Assembly (NCBI GenBank): GCA_048938895.1
Contig: JBHLLU010000021.1
Span: forward strand, 1-62,312
Direction: 5' to 3'
Source of the DNA: Promethearchaeota archaeon
GTDB taxonomy: Archaea; Asgardarchaeota; Lokiarchaeia; Sigyniarchaeales; SOKP01
DNA: 62,312 nt
Shown in pieces: positions 48,134 through 56,529 of this stretch. Under the pieces are notes generated by a model. That model had not been told where the DNA came from. It saw nothing but the letters and a program-made list of their open reading frames with translations, and searched no databases. Positions within the stretch are counted from its first letter, which is position 1. The number at the start of each line of letters is the position of its first letter. Position numbers and translations under genes: made by a program.

Positions 48134-48481
48134 TTAGAATGTAACTATATCATATCCTAGTTCAATATATTTTGCCATGCTTGGATGTCCTAATAATTCA
48201 GCACACATAGAAAATCCTAATTTTTCTACTTCATTTAGAGAGCCCATCTTATTACTACATGCTTTACAGAAACAGTCTATTAATCCAGAGTTTTTTAACT
48301 CTTGATATTTCTCAAAAAATGGATTATCTCTATTCTCAAATTGGTTTGCTAATTTAGTAGCGAATCCCTCTACAATCACCTTTACAGAGTGCCCCTTTTC
48401 ATTCATATCTAAAGCATTTAAAATAACATGAATAAAACACATTGGGTCACCATTAAAAGCAAAGAAAGCAAATTTTCCTAT
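48134..48481 (-). CDS. DsrE-like protein
   Basis: SD AGGTGA, 6 nt, then ATA-GKFAFFAFNGDPMCFIHVILNALD. CKACS and GHPS motifs. The track's ATG is internal to the conserved motif. Confidence 0.8.
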   Translation of the reverse strand: MGKFAFFAFNGDPMCFIHVILNALDMNEKGHSVKVIVEGFATKLANQFENRDNPFFEKYQELKNSGLIDCFCKACSNKMGSLNEVEKLGFSMCAELLGHPSMAKYIELGYDIVTF

Positions 48482-48504
48482 AGTTAATCACCTTTAGATT
48501 ATTT

Positions 48505-49305
48505 TTATTTTATATTTAATCTCATCTTGCATAAATCAATAGCTTTTGGATTATTATCTACACCCATCCAATTTCGATTCAATCTAGCAGCTACAGCTAA
48601 AGTTGTGCCTGTTCCACAAAAAAAATCTGCAACAATGTCTTCCTCATTTGAGGATGCCAAAATTATCCTTTCAAGGAGTTCTTCAGGTTTTTGAGTAGGA
48701 TATCCTAAATATTCTTTTGATCGTGTTCTTGTTTGGTATGAATAGATATCATTCCACACATCTCCTAATGCATTTCCAGGTTTCTCATCTAAGAATTGCT
48801 TTCCATCTCTTCTTTTTCTATATAATCTTCCATCCTCATCTCTATAGCGAAACATTTTTTTTATATAATCTTCTTTATAAGGAGTATACTGTTTATTAAA
48901 CGTAAATTCATCAGATTTGGTATAATACAGAATTGTATCATGCTGACGCACCCACCCTTTTACCTGACTCTTAAATCCAGACACACTCCCCACATTCCAT
49001 ATTATTTCTCTTCTGAAAAACTGTCTCCCAAATATTTTATCACATAAATGTTTTAGGTCAAAAACAGCATTAGCATCGCAGTGACAATAAAATGTTCCAG
49101 ACTTTTTTAAAACACGATGCATTTCTACAATTCTCACTTCCATGAAGTCTAAATACTCCTCTAAAGAATCCCAATTGTCTGAAAATTCCTTGTAATCTAC
49201 CCCAGTATAAAATGGAGGGTCAATATAAATTAGATCAATAGATTCTGAATCAATTTGTTTTAAAATTTCCAAGTTCTCCCCAAGATATATTGCATTCAGA
49301 TTCAT
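48505..49305 (-). CDS. Site-specific DNA amino-methyltransferase (N6A/N4C, beta class)
   Basis: IYIDPPF precedes YPTQKP and DFFCGTGT; likely start MNLNAIYLGENL. Confidence 0.92.
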   Translation of the reverse strand: MNLNAIYLGENLEILKQIDSESIDLIYIDPPFYTGVDYKEFSDNWDSLEEYLDFMEVRIVEMHRVLKKSGTFYCHCDANAVFDLKHLCDKIFGRQFFRREIIWNVGSVSGFKSQVKGWVRQHDTILYYTKSDEFTFNKQYTPYKEDYIKKMFRYRDEDGRLYRKRRDGKQFLDEKPGNALGDVWNDIYSYQTRTRSKEYLGYPTQKPEELLERIILASSNEEDIVADFFCGTGTTLAVAARLNRNWMGVDNNPKAIDLCKMRLNIK

Positions 49306-49343
49306 ATTGTAGTTAAATAGAGCACTTAATTTATACAATTATT

Positions 49344-49730
49344 ATGATTAAAGAAAGATTAAATAAGAATTTCTTGGATGAATTTAAGGAGTATGATTTC
49401 TCGCAAATTCAAGAAAACCAAATATATTTAGTAGGATCAGCACGATTTAAAGAATATTTTATTAAAATTGAATCCATATTACAAATTTTATATGATAAAA
49501 TTGTGTATGTATGCTCAATTGATGGGTTACTAAATAAAGATAAATTTTCACCAAATGAATGGGAAAAGTTACAGGAAATTGCATTAAGAAAGTTACAAAA
49601 TCAAGATGCAATGTTAGTATTGGATGTAAATAACTATATTGGTGAACATTCTTTGGAGGAAATCGAGATGTTTACTAAAAGATACAATAAGCCCATCTAT
49701 TATTTATCAAAATTAAGAAAAAATCTTTAA
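49344..49730 (+). CDS. Nucleoside deoxyribosyltransferase/TIR-like fold small protein
   Basis: IYLVGSARFK...DAMLVLDVNNYIGEHSLEEIE...NKPIYYL pattern. Confidence 0.55.
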   Translation: MIKERLNKNFLDEFKEYDFSQIQENQIYLVGSARFKEYFIKIESILQILYDKIVYVCSIDGLLNKDKFSPNEWEKLQEIALRKLQNQDAMLVLDVNNYIGEHSLEEIEMFTKRYNKPIYYLSKLRKNL

Positions 49731-49839
49731 AATCTTTAGGAAATCATTAATTTAGAAATCTCACTTTTTTTTTAAGAAAAGGCTTACATTAAAAAATGAA
49801 CAAATAATAGGAAATTGAAATTAAGGGTTATTACGCAAA

Positions 49840-50820
49840 ATGGAATTGTTCCAAGTTTTTTGGGACGATGGGAAAAGACTTTTCTTGGAATTCAAAAAAG
49901 ATGAAAAGGAAAATCAATTTCTTCTTCCAAAAAAAATTAAGCGTATTAATTTTAAATTTTCAATTTCGAAAAATATTAAACAAGATCGATTTTCCAATCA
50001 ACCACCATATCTTGTTTCTATTAAAAAACTTTATTACTCAGATGAATCACTATGCTTCTCAATCGATCTAAATGAAGTGTACGGATACGATGATTTGCAA
50101 ATTCGAATTTTGAGACTAACGGTCCATATGTATTCAGGACAGCGTATTGAATACCATTTCGAAGAAAAATTTAATATTTCAGATATTTGGATTAATGAAG
50201 ATTGTTATCATGGATTTCAATATATTGAATTAGGACTAGATAAAAGTCAGCAAAAGACTTTCACCCGTGAAAAAGTATACCAGGAAGTAAGTACTGATTC
50301 CACCACTGAGAAAAGAAAAAGTACTGTTATTTACGAGAAAAAAAGTATTAAAAGTGTGTCTCTAGATGATTCAATCATATCCATAATCAGTGAAAGTAAT
50401 AAAACCTTAAGAAATATTGAGCAGCATTTGAAGAATTTAAACTCGACTCTTCAAAACATGCTTATTGGAAACATTTCATATGGCCCACCTATTCGTTTAC
50501 CTAGTAGAAGTTCTGAATCTGGGATAGAGAGAATAAATGTTCCCACCAAACCTGCATTAATTCAAAGTCAAATGACTTCCGGTAAATTAATGGTTATCCA
50601 GGAAATGAAAACTATCTTCAAACAAAATATTGACGAAAATGAGGATTTCAATATTAAAAGTATTTTAAAGCCATTGACAGAAGAGGAACTTAAAGAAATT
50701 ATAGTTGATGACAAAGTCTTAAAGGAAAAAGAAAAAATGGCTATCGAAAATCAAGTTAAAAGACTGCAGAAACAACAAGAAAAAGAAATACAATTAGAAG
50801 ACCTCAAAAAACCAGAATAG
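49840..50820 (+). CDS. Hypothetical protein (beta-rich N-terminus, coiled-coil C-terminus)
   Basis: 326-aa ORF; no recognised motif. Confidence 0.65.
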   Translation: MELFQVFWDDGKRLFLEFKKDEKENQFLLPKKIKRINFKFSISKNIKQDRFSNQPPYLVSIKKLYYSDESLCFSIDLNEVYGYDDLQIRILRLTVHMYSGQRIEYHFEEKFNISDIWINEDCYHGFQYIELGLDKSQQKTFTREKVYQEVSTDSTTEKRKSTVIYEKKSIKSVSLDDSIISIISESNKTLRNIEQHLKNLNSTLQNMLIGNISYGPPIRLPSRSSESGIERINVPTKPALIQSQMTSGKLMVIQEMKTIFKQNIDENEDFNIKSILKPLTEEELKEIIVDDKVLKEKEKMAIENQVKRLQKQQEKEIQLEDLKKPE

Positions 50821-50939
50821 ATTGTTTTGATATATATGAAAATTTTTACACTTATTTCTATTATATAAGTAGCAAATCTTTAAGTAATTTAGAATATTGG
50901 ATATAAACGAGGAACTATATTCAATAGAGGTTATCTAAA

Positions 50940-51716
50940 ATATTATTAAACTATATTATTGGTACAGCGGGAAGTGGTAAAACTACTCTTACGGGGGAAT
51001 TAAGAGAATATGTAGCAAATCGAGATCCCGAGATTTCAGCAATCACTTTAAATCTTGATCCCGGAGTTAAAACAATATCATATGCTCCTGATATAGATAT
51101 CCGGGATTTTATAATTTTAGAAGAAGTTATGGAAGAATTTAGTTTGGGTCCGAATGGAGCAATGATTTTAGCTTCTGATTTAATGGTTAATTATTTAGAT
51201 GATTTAAAAGATGAAATTGATGAATATAATCCCGATTGGATATTTGTAGATACTGCTGGGCAATTGGAACTATTTGCATTCAGGGAAACAGGGCCATTAA
51301 TAGCTAGTGCATTAGGTTTTGGTGATGTTCAACGATCTGTAAGTTTTTTGTTTGATTCTAATTTTGTTCTCAGGCCCAATGGCTTTATTTCTACCTTACT
51401 TTTAGCAGCTTCAGTTCAATTTAGGTTTAGAAGTGTCTCACAAATAAATGTTCTTTCCAAAGTGGACCTTATTGATGAAGATCAGATAGAAATGATAGTT
51501 AACTGGAGTCAAGATTTCAAATCGTTAGAAGACTCTACAAGTGAAAGGGAAAAGGGATTAATTAGAGAATTATCAATGCTAATATCAGAAGTTTTTGTTC
51601 AAATGGGTTCTACAAGTGAATTAATACCTTGCTCAACAAAAGAAGATGATGGGTTAGATTTATTATTTGGATATTTACAAAGAATTTTTGATTCAGATAA
51701 GTCAAAATTCTATTAG
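50940..51716 (+). CDS. GPN-loop GTPase
   Basis: The P-loop GTAGSGKTT and NLDPG lie upstream of the track's ATG at 51129. LGPNG, DTAGQLELF and SKVD motifs follow. An ATA start at 50940 is inferred after GAGGTT. Confidence 0.9.
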   Translation: MLLNYIIGTAGSGKTTLTGELREYVANRDPEISAITLNLDPGVKTISYAPDIDIRDFIILEEVMEEFSLGPNGAMILASDLMVNYLDDLKDEIDEYNPDWIFVDTAGQLELFAFRETGPLIASALGFGDVQRSVSFLFDSNFVLRPNGFISTLLLAASVQFRFRSVSQINVLSKVDLIDEDQIEMIVNWSQDFKSLEDSTSEREKGLIRELSMLISEVFVQMGSTSELIPCSTKEDDGLDLLFGYLQRIFDSDKSKFY

Positions 51717-51766
51717 ACTAAATAAAACTTTTAAAAACTTCAGATAAAGAAAATAATAAGAATACT

Positions 51767-52864
51767 ATGAAAATTATCGGACCAATTGCAGGAATAGGAT
51801 CAAGGTTAAAGCCATTCACTTTAAGTAAACCAAAAGCTTTTTTAACTGTGGCAGGAAAAAGAGTTTTAGACCATATTCTTGAAAAATTCAGCAATACATT
51901 TGATCCGTATACAGAACTTATACTAATTGTCGGATACAAAAAAAGACAAATTACCGAATACATTCAAAAACATTATGCTGACAAATTTAAACTCACATTT
52001 ATTGAACAAGTGCCGAGAGGATATTCAGATGACATCCCTTTTTATTGGGGATTAGGAGAAGCAGTTTATTTAGCACACACAAGGTTTCAAGAACTACAAA
52101 TTGAGACAAAAGATCAAGATAAAAGAGAAGGGTCTCTTATCTTTTTAGGGGATATGATACCAATTGATGAATATTCATACTTTATGTATCGCTATTTTGA
52201 ATCTGATGTAGATGGAATAATTACCGTTATGGAAGTTCCAAAAGAGAATGCAAGTTCCTATGGGGTAGTTACAACCAATAAAAATTCAGTTATTCAAAAA
52301 CTTGTGGAAAAACCAAAAGAGTTTATATCAAATTTAGCCATTGCAGGGCCCTATGCCTTTTCTTATTCTGCCACCATGGCACTTTTTCAGAATATTAAAA
52401 AATATTTGGACAAGAAAACAGAAAAATCAAAAGAAATTTATTTAACTCAGAGTTTACAGGATTTAGTGGATCAAGGATTTAAAATAGCGGCGGTTCCGTT
52501 AAAGAAAGGAAATCTGGATTTTGGTAGACCCTCTGAGTTACTTAATGGAAACAAATATCTTTTAAGGCAAAAATCGGTTAAAAAAGAAGACTTTCTGATT
52601 TTAAATATTAGAGCCGATAGGTCCTTTATAAAAAATCCAGTTTATATTGGAAAGAACACAAAAATAATAAATTCAGTTATCGGACCCTATGTTTCAATAG
52701 GAGAAAATTCAATTATCAAGAATTGTATCTTGGAAAATAGTGTAATTGAAGAAAGAACCCAATTAAACTTTATAATTACCAAAAATTCAATAATTGGAAG
52801 TGATGTAATGGTGGAGAACATAAGTAAAAACTACTTAATCATAGGGGATAAAAGTAGGTATTAA
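51767..52864 (+). CDS. Sugar-phosphate nucleotidyltransferase (glucose-1-P thymidylyltransferase-like) with hexapeptide tail
   Basis: AGIGSRLKP.T..KPK, GLGEAV, LGD and VEKP motifs, plus a C-terminal left-handed beta-helix. Confidence 0.9.
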   Translation: MKIIGPIAGIGSRLKPFTLSKPKAFLTVAGKRVLDHILEKFSNTFDPYTELILIVGYKKRQITEYIQKHYADKFKLTFIEQVPRGYSDDIPFYWGLGEAVYLAHTRFQELQIETKDQDKREGSLIFLGDMIPIDEYSYFMYRYFESDVDGIITVMEVPKENASSYGVVTTNKNSVIQKLVEKPKEFISNLAIAGPYAFSYSATMALFQNIKKYLDKKTEKSKEIYLTQSLQDLVDQGFKIAAVPLKKGNLDFGRPSELLNGNKYLLRQKSVKKEDFLILNIRADRSFIKNPVYIGKNTKIINSVIGPYVSIGENSIIKNCILENSVIEERTQLNFIITKNSIIGSDVMVENISKNYLIIGDKSRY

Positions 52865-53000
52865 CGAAATACATTCTTAAACAGCTTTTTAATGAATTCT
52901 TGAAGCCAATAATTTCTAAGTAATATAGTTAAATATTAATTTTAGAATATAGTAATTAATAATATCAAGATTTTGAATATAAAGAAATTTAAATATCACT

Positions 53001-54383
53001 ATGTCGTATCATATTGCTTTTGACGTTGCTCACAAACCTAGAGGTCGGATCGATGAGAATTTAACTGAACTTAGAGATCATTTAAATGCAAATGATTTTG
53101 TAAGCTACAATTTTCTGGAAGTTCCAATTACAGAAGAATCACTCATGCCTTATGATATTTTAGTATTTGTATGCCCTGATTTCTCAAGAATCACAGCAAA
53201 TGAAATAACTCAAATTGTAAAATGGGTAAAAAATTCAGGGGGTGGACTTTTACTACTATCTCATGCAGGTGGTGATAGAGGACGGGGGAGTAATTTATCT
53301 GAAATTTCAGAGCAGTTTGGGATAATTTTTGAAAATGATCAAGTTTTAGATGAACGACTAAATCTAGGTATTGAAAACATCCCCTTAGTATCTACTTTCA
53401 ATATTCCTCATCCAATCACATCAAGCATAGATACTCTCTGTTACCGATCGGGATGTTCTCTCTCAATTGTTGGAAGTGGAGCATTTTCAATTGCCGATTC
53501 AAACGATACATCAGAACCTTTTTCTTGTCCTCTCATATGCGTTTCTGAATTAGGAAATGGAAGAGTGTGTTGTAGTGGTAGTTATGAAATGTTTAGAGAT
53601 CAAATTGGAGGAGGTTTTCAATGTTATGACCACCCGGATTTGGCATTAAATATTTTTAAATGGCTTGTGTCTGATTATCGGATGGAACTCAGGTCAACAC
53701 TTGATATTCCAACACCTATTTCCCAACCAAGTGAATCAATAACTTCTAGTACTACCCCCACTGATATATCACCTGATACAGCACCAAGCACTAGTAGAAA
53801 TATTAACATCGATTTTTCAATGAAAATTTCTAAAAAAAGTGAATTATTAGAATTGCTAAAAATATTTCAAAATCAAATAAATAGAATCAAAACTACCATA
53901 GATAAACTAATAAACACAGCCTCAAAAGCGGATACGGATATTATAGAAGATTATTCCCTTAATATTTCTGAAAAAGAAGATATTGCTCAAGTTAATCAGG
54001 ATAGTATACAAGAAGAACCTTCTCTATCGGATATTACAAGCGAAATAGATTCTATCACTGCTTCTGAAAAAGATGAAGAAGCTCTCACCTCATTACCTCC
54101 CAAACCAGAAAGTTTATTAAAAGCAGAACTAGAAGAAACGGGTTTAAAACCAGTACCTAAACTGAAAACTAAGGGAAAAACACAAAAAGAATTAAAAGAT
54201 GAAAAAAAAGACCTAGAATCAAAACTCACTTCTGTTGAAGAGTTAATGGAGTTTATAGATAAAAAACATTCATCAGGAAACCTGGATGATGAAGAATATT
54301 CTAAAAGATCGAAGAAATTGCAAAATGATATAAAGAAAACTAAGAAAAAGATGACTGTTATTGACAAATTATTAGAGAAATAG
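53001..54383 (+). CDS. GIFT (GldG/IFT52)-domain protein with S/T/acidic linker and C-terminal helical hairpin
   Basis: IAFDVAH...ITEESL..YDILV..CP...ITANE..I..WV..GGGLLLL...GG...NL......FGI.FEND.V; CSGSYEMFRD; NIFKWL. No signal peptide. Confidence 0.7.
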   Translation: MSYHIAFDVAHKPRGRIDENLTELRDHLNANDFVSYNFLEVPITEESLMPYDILVFVCPDFSRITANEITQIVKWVKNSGGGLLLLSHAGGDRGRGSNLSEISEQFGIIFENDQVLDERLNLGIENIPLVSTFNIPHPITSSIDTLCYRSGCSLSIVGSGAFSIADSNDTSEPFSCPLICVSELGNGRVCCSGSYEMFRDQIGGGFQCYDHPDLALNIFKWLVSDYRMELRSTLDIPTPISQPSESITSSTTPTDISPDTAPSTSRNINIDFSMKISKKSELLELLKIFQNQINRIKTTIDKLINTASKADTDIIEDYSLNISEKEDIAQVNQDSIQEEPSLSDITSEIDSITASEKDEEALTSLPPKPESLLKAELEETGLKPVPKLKTKGKTQKELKDEKKDLESKLTSVEELMEFIDKKHSSGNLDDEEYSKRSKKLQNDIKKTKKKMTVIDKLLEK

Positions 54384-54411
54384 ATCACTAAAGATTATCT
54401 TAAGATTTTTA

Positions 54412-55731
54412 TTATTTTGGTTTCACAGGATGTCCTTCTGGAATATATGGTTGAGCATATTTATTTACAATTTCAAAGAAATCTTTATCACTTACACCTT
54501 TAGTTACTTTTTTTAGTTCTTCTTTAATAGTGTTAAATGTTTTCCTAAGTTCTTCTTTAGATGTTGTTTCGTGCTTCCTTTTAACTTCTGTCGAGATTTT
54601 TCTAATTATTTCTACAGGGATATCTAAATCAAGCACTTTTATCTTCTGTTGCAATGCATAGGCAACTGATTTTGTTCCCGAAAATTTTCCTAAATAAAAC
54701 TTTCTCCTCCGCCCAACCATATGTGGATTTATAGGTTCATAAGTTAGTGGGTGAGCTAGAATTGCAGCAATATGGAGTCCACTTTCATGTGAAAAGGCAT
54801 AATCTCCCACAATCGGTTTATATTGAGATAATGGTTTGCAGAAGTATTTTTCACACACTTCACTTAATTCAGGTAATCTAGTTAAATCTATTCCAGTTTT
54901 TATACCCAACCGTTCTAAAATTGTTGCTACTTCTTCTAAGGCAGCGTTTCCTGCTCGTTCGCCATATCCATTAATACAAGTGTGAGGATATTGACAACCT
55001 TCTATTACACCTGTTATTGTATTTGCAACAGCTAACCCAAAGTCATTATGAGTATGAATACCAATTGGAATTTGTTTTTTTAAAGGTGAAATTACCTCCT
55101 TATTGATGCGCTGGATCAAATAGGAAGTTGATATTGGAGTTAATACACCAACAGTATCACCCAAAACTATACGTTCAGCTCCAGCTTCGATGGCAGCATT
55201 AAAAACATCTTTTAAATGATTAAAATCACATCTAGTGCCATCTTCTGAAACCCAATTAATTTTGAATCCATTATCTTTGGCATAATGTAGTGCAGAATTA
55301 ATTTGATCTAATTGTTGCTCTTCACTTTGTTTTAATGTTTTTCTAAAAATAGGTGAAATTGGCATAAAAATTACAATTTCTTTAAGATCAGCATCTATGC
55401 AAGCATCAATATCATCCTTCCTTGGTCTAGCAATTCCTAAAATTGTAGAATTGTTAATATTTTCATTAACAATTGTTTTTACTATTTTTTTTTCTGATTC
55501 TGATACTGCTGGAAATCCTACAGCTATTAACTTCACTCCAATCTCATCCATCAATTTTGCCAAGTGTATCTTTTCATCTAGAGTAAGATAGACTGTAGGA
55601 CTTTGCTCTCCATCTCGTAACGTTTCATCCCAAATTTCAATGGATTTAGGTAAATCATAATTAGAGAGAGCGATTTCATTGTAATCAATAAGAAGATCCC
55701 GAAGCTCCTCCTTTGAGAATTTGTAAGACAT
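54412..55731 (-). CDS. Homocitrate / 2-isopropylmalate synthase family protein (DRE-TIM, no regulatory domain)
   Basis: DETLRDGEQ, DTVG, HTHNDFGLAVAN, GYGERAGNA and FSHESGLH motifs; likely start MSYKFS. Confidence 0.9.
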   Translation of the reverse strand: MSYKFSKEELRDLLIDYNEIALSNYDLPKSIEIWDETLRDGEQSPTVYLTLDEKIHLAKLMDEIGVKLIAVGFPAVSESEKKIVKTIVNENINNSTILGIARPRKDDIDACIDADLKEIVIFMPISPIFRKTLKQSEEQQLDQINSALHYAKDNGFKINWVSEDGTRCDFNHLKDVFNAAIEAGAERIVLGDTVGVLTPISTSYLIQRINKEVISPLKKQIPIGIHTHNDFGLAVANTITGVIEGCQYPHTCINGYGERAGNAALEEVATILERLGIKTGIDLTRLPELSEVCEKYFCKPLSQYKPIVGDYAFSHESGLHIAAILAHPLTYEPINPHMVGRRRKFYLGKFSGTKSVAYALQQKIKVLDLDIPVEIIRKISTEVKRKHETTSKEELRKTFNTIKEELKKVTKGVSDKDFFEIVNKYAQPYIPEGHPVKPK

Positions 55732-55855
55732 AGTCAAATCTTGTTTTATATTGATGATAAATAAAATTATGGAATACAAATAAATTTCATTTTTAAGAAA
55801 AGCAATGATAATAAAAAAGCTAGAAAAAGAATTTGATTAGAAATTTGAATTAAGA

Positions 55856-56275
55856 TTATTTTATTACATCAGTAATAAAACAAGTTTCTACTATTTTTAC
55901 TCCTTTAATTGGTGAGATCTTCTCTTCTATAAGAGGATTAAACTGCTCAATAGAAGGGATTTCAACTTTCATAAATAATCCGCAGTCTCCTGAAAGTCTC
56001 CAAATATCAGTTATTTCTTCAATATCTAGTAATTCTCTCAGGATTCTTTTGATTTCTTTAAAATCTGGTTCTACTTTTACAGTAGCCCTCGTTCGGGGTT
56101 TATTATCGATTGCATAATCAATAGTGAACTTTCGAATAACACCATCATCTGTTAATTTTTTTACTCGTCTTCTTACTGTTGCTTCGGTTTTACCGACACT
56201 TTGAGATATTTCATTAAAAGACATTCTACTATTATCTTTTAATAATTCTAAAATTTTTAGATCCACAATATCCAT
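55856..56275 (-). CDS. Lrp/AsnC family regulator (LysM-like)
   Basis: DLKILELLKDNSRMSF.EI...VG.TEATVRRRV..L...GVI..FT. Confidence 0.92.
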   Translation of the reverse strand: MDIVDLKILELLKDNSRMSFNEISQSVGKTEATVRRRVKKLTDDGVIRKFTIDYAIDNKPRTRATVKVEPDFKEIKRILRELLDIEEITDIWRLSGDCGLFMKVEIPSIEQFNPLIEEKISPIKGVKIVETCFITDVIK

Positions 56276-56529
56276 AATATAGAAATCACAATTTAATTTT
56301 TGTATTCTTTTTGAAAAATTAATTTATCTTTATTATTAAATTTGATGAATTTATTATTAAAATCAACAATATTGATTAATATCACAAAGAAGAATGTCTA
56401 AAAAGTCTTATTAGTATATATCAACTTATTAATAATAAATAGTTATGTGGTACAAATTTCATCATTATAATAATTACTCGACGAAAATTAAATAAATTAA
56501 AAAATAAAAAATTTAAAAAAAATTTGATT

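Noticed and set aside
43241-50820. Possible integrative island downstream of tRNA-Trp (MTase and hypotheticals)
   Set aside because: No integrase or transposase, and I saw no repeat of the tRNA 3' end; composition looks like the rest of the window.
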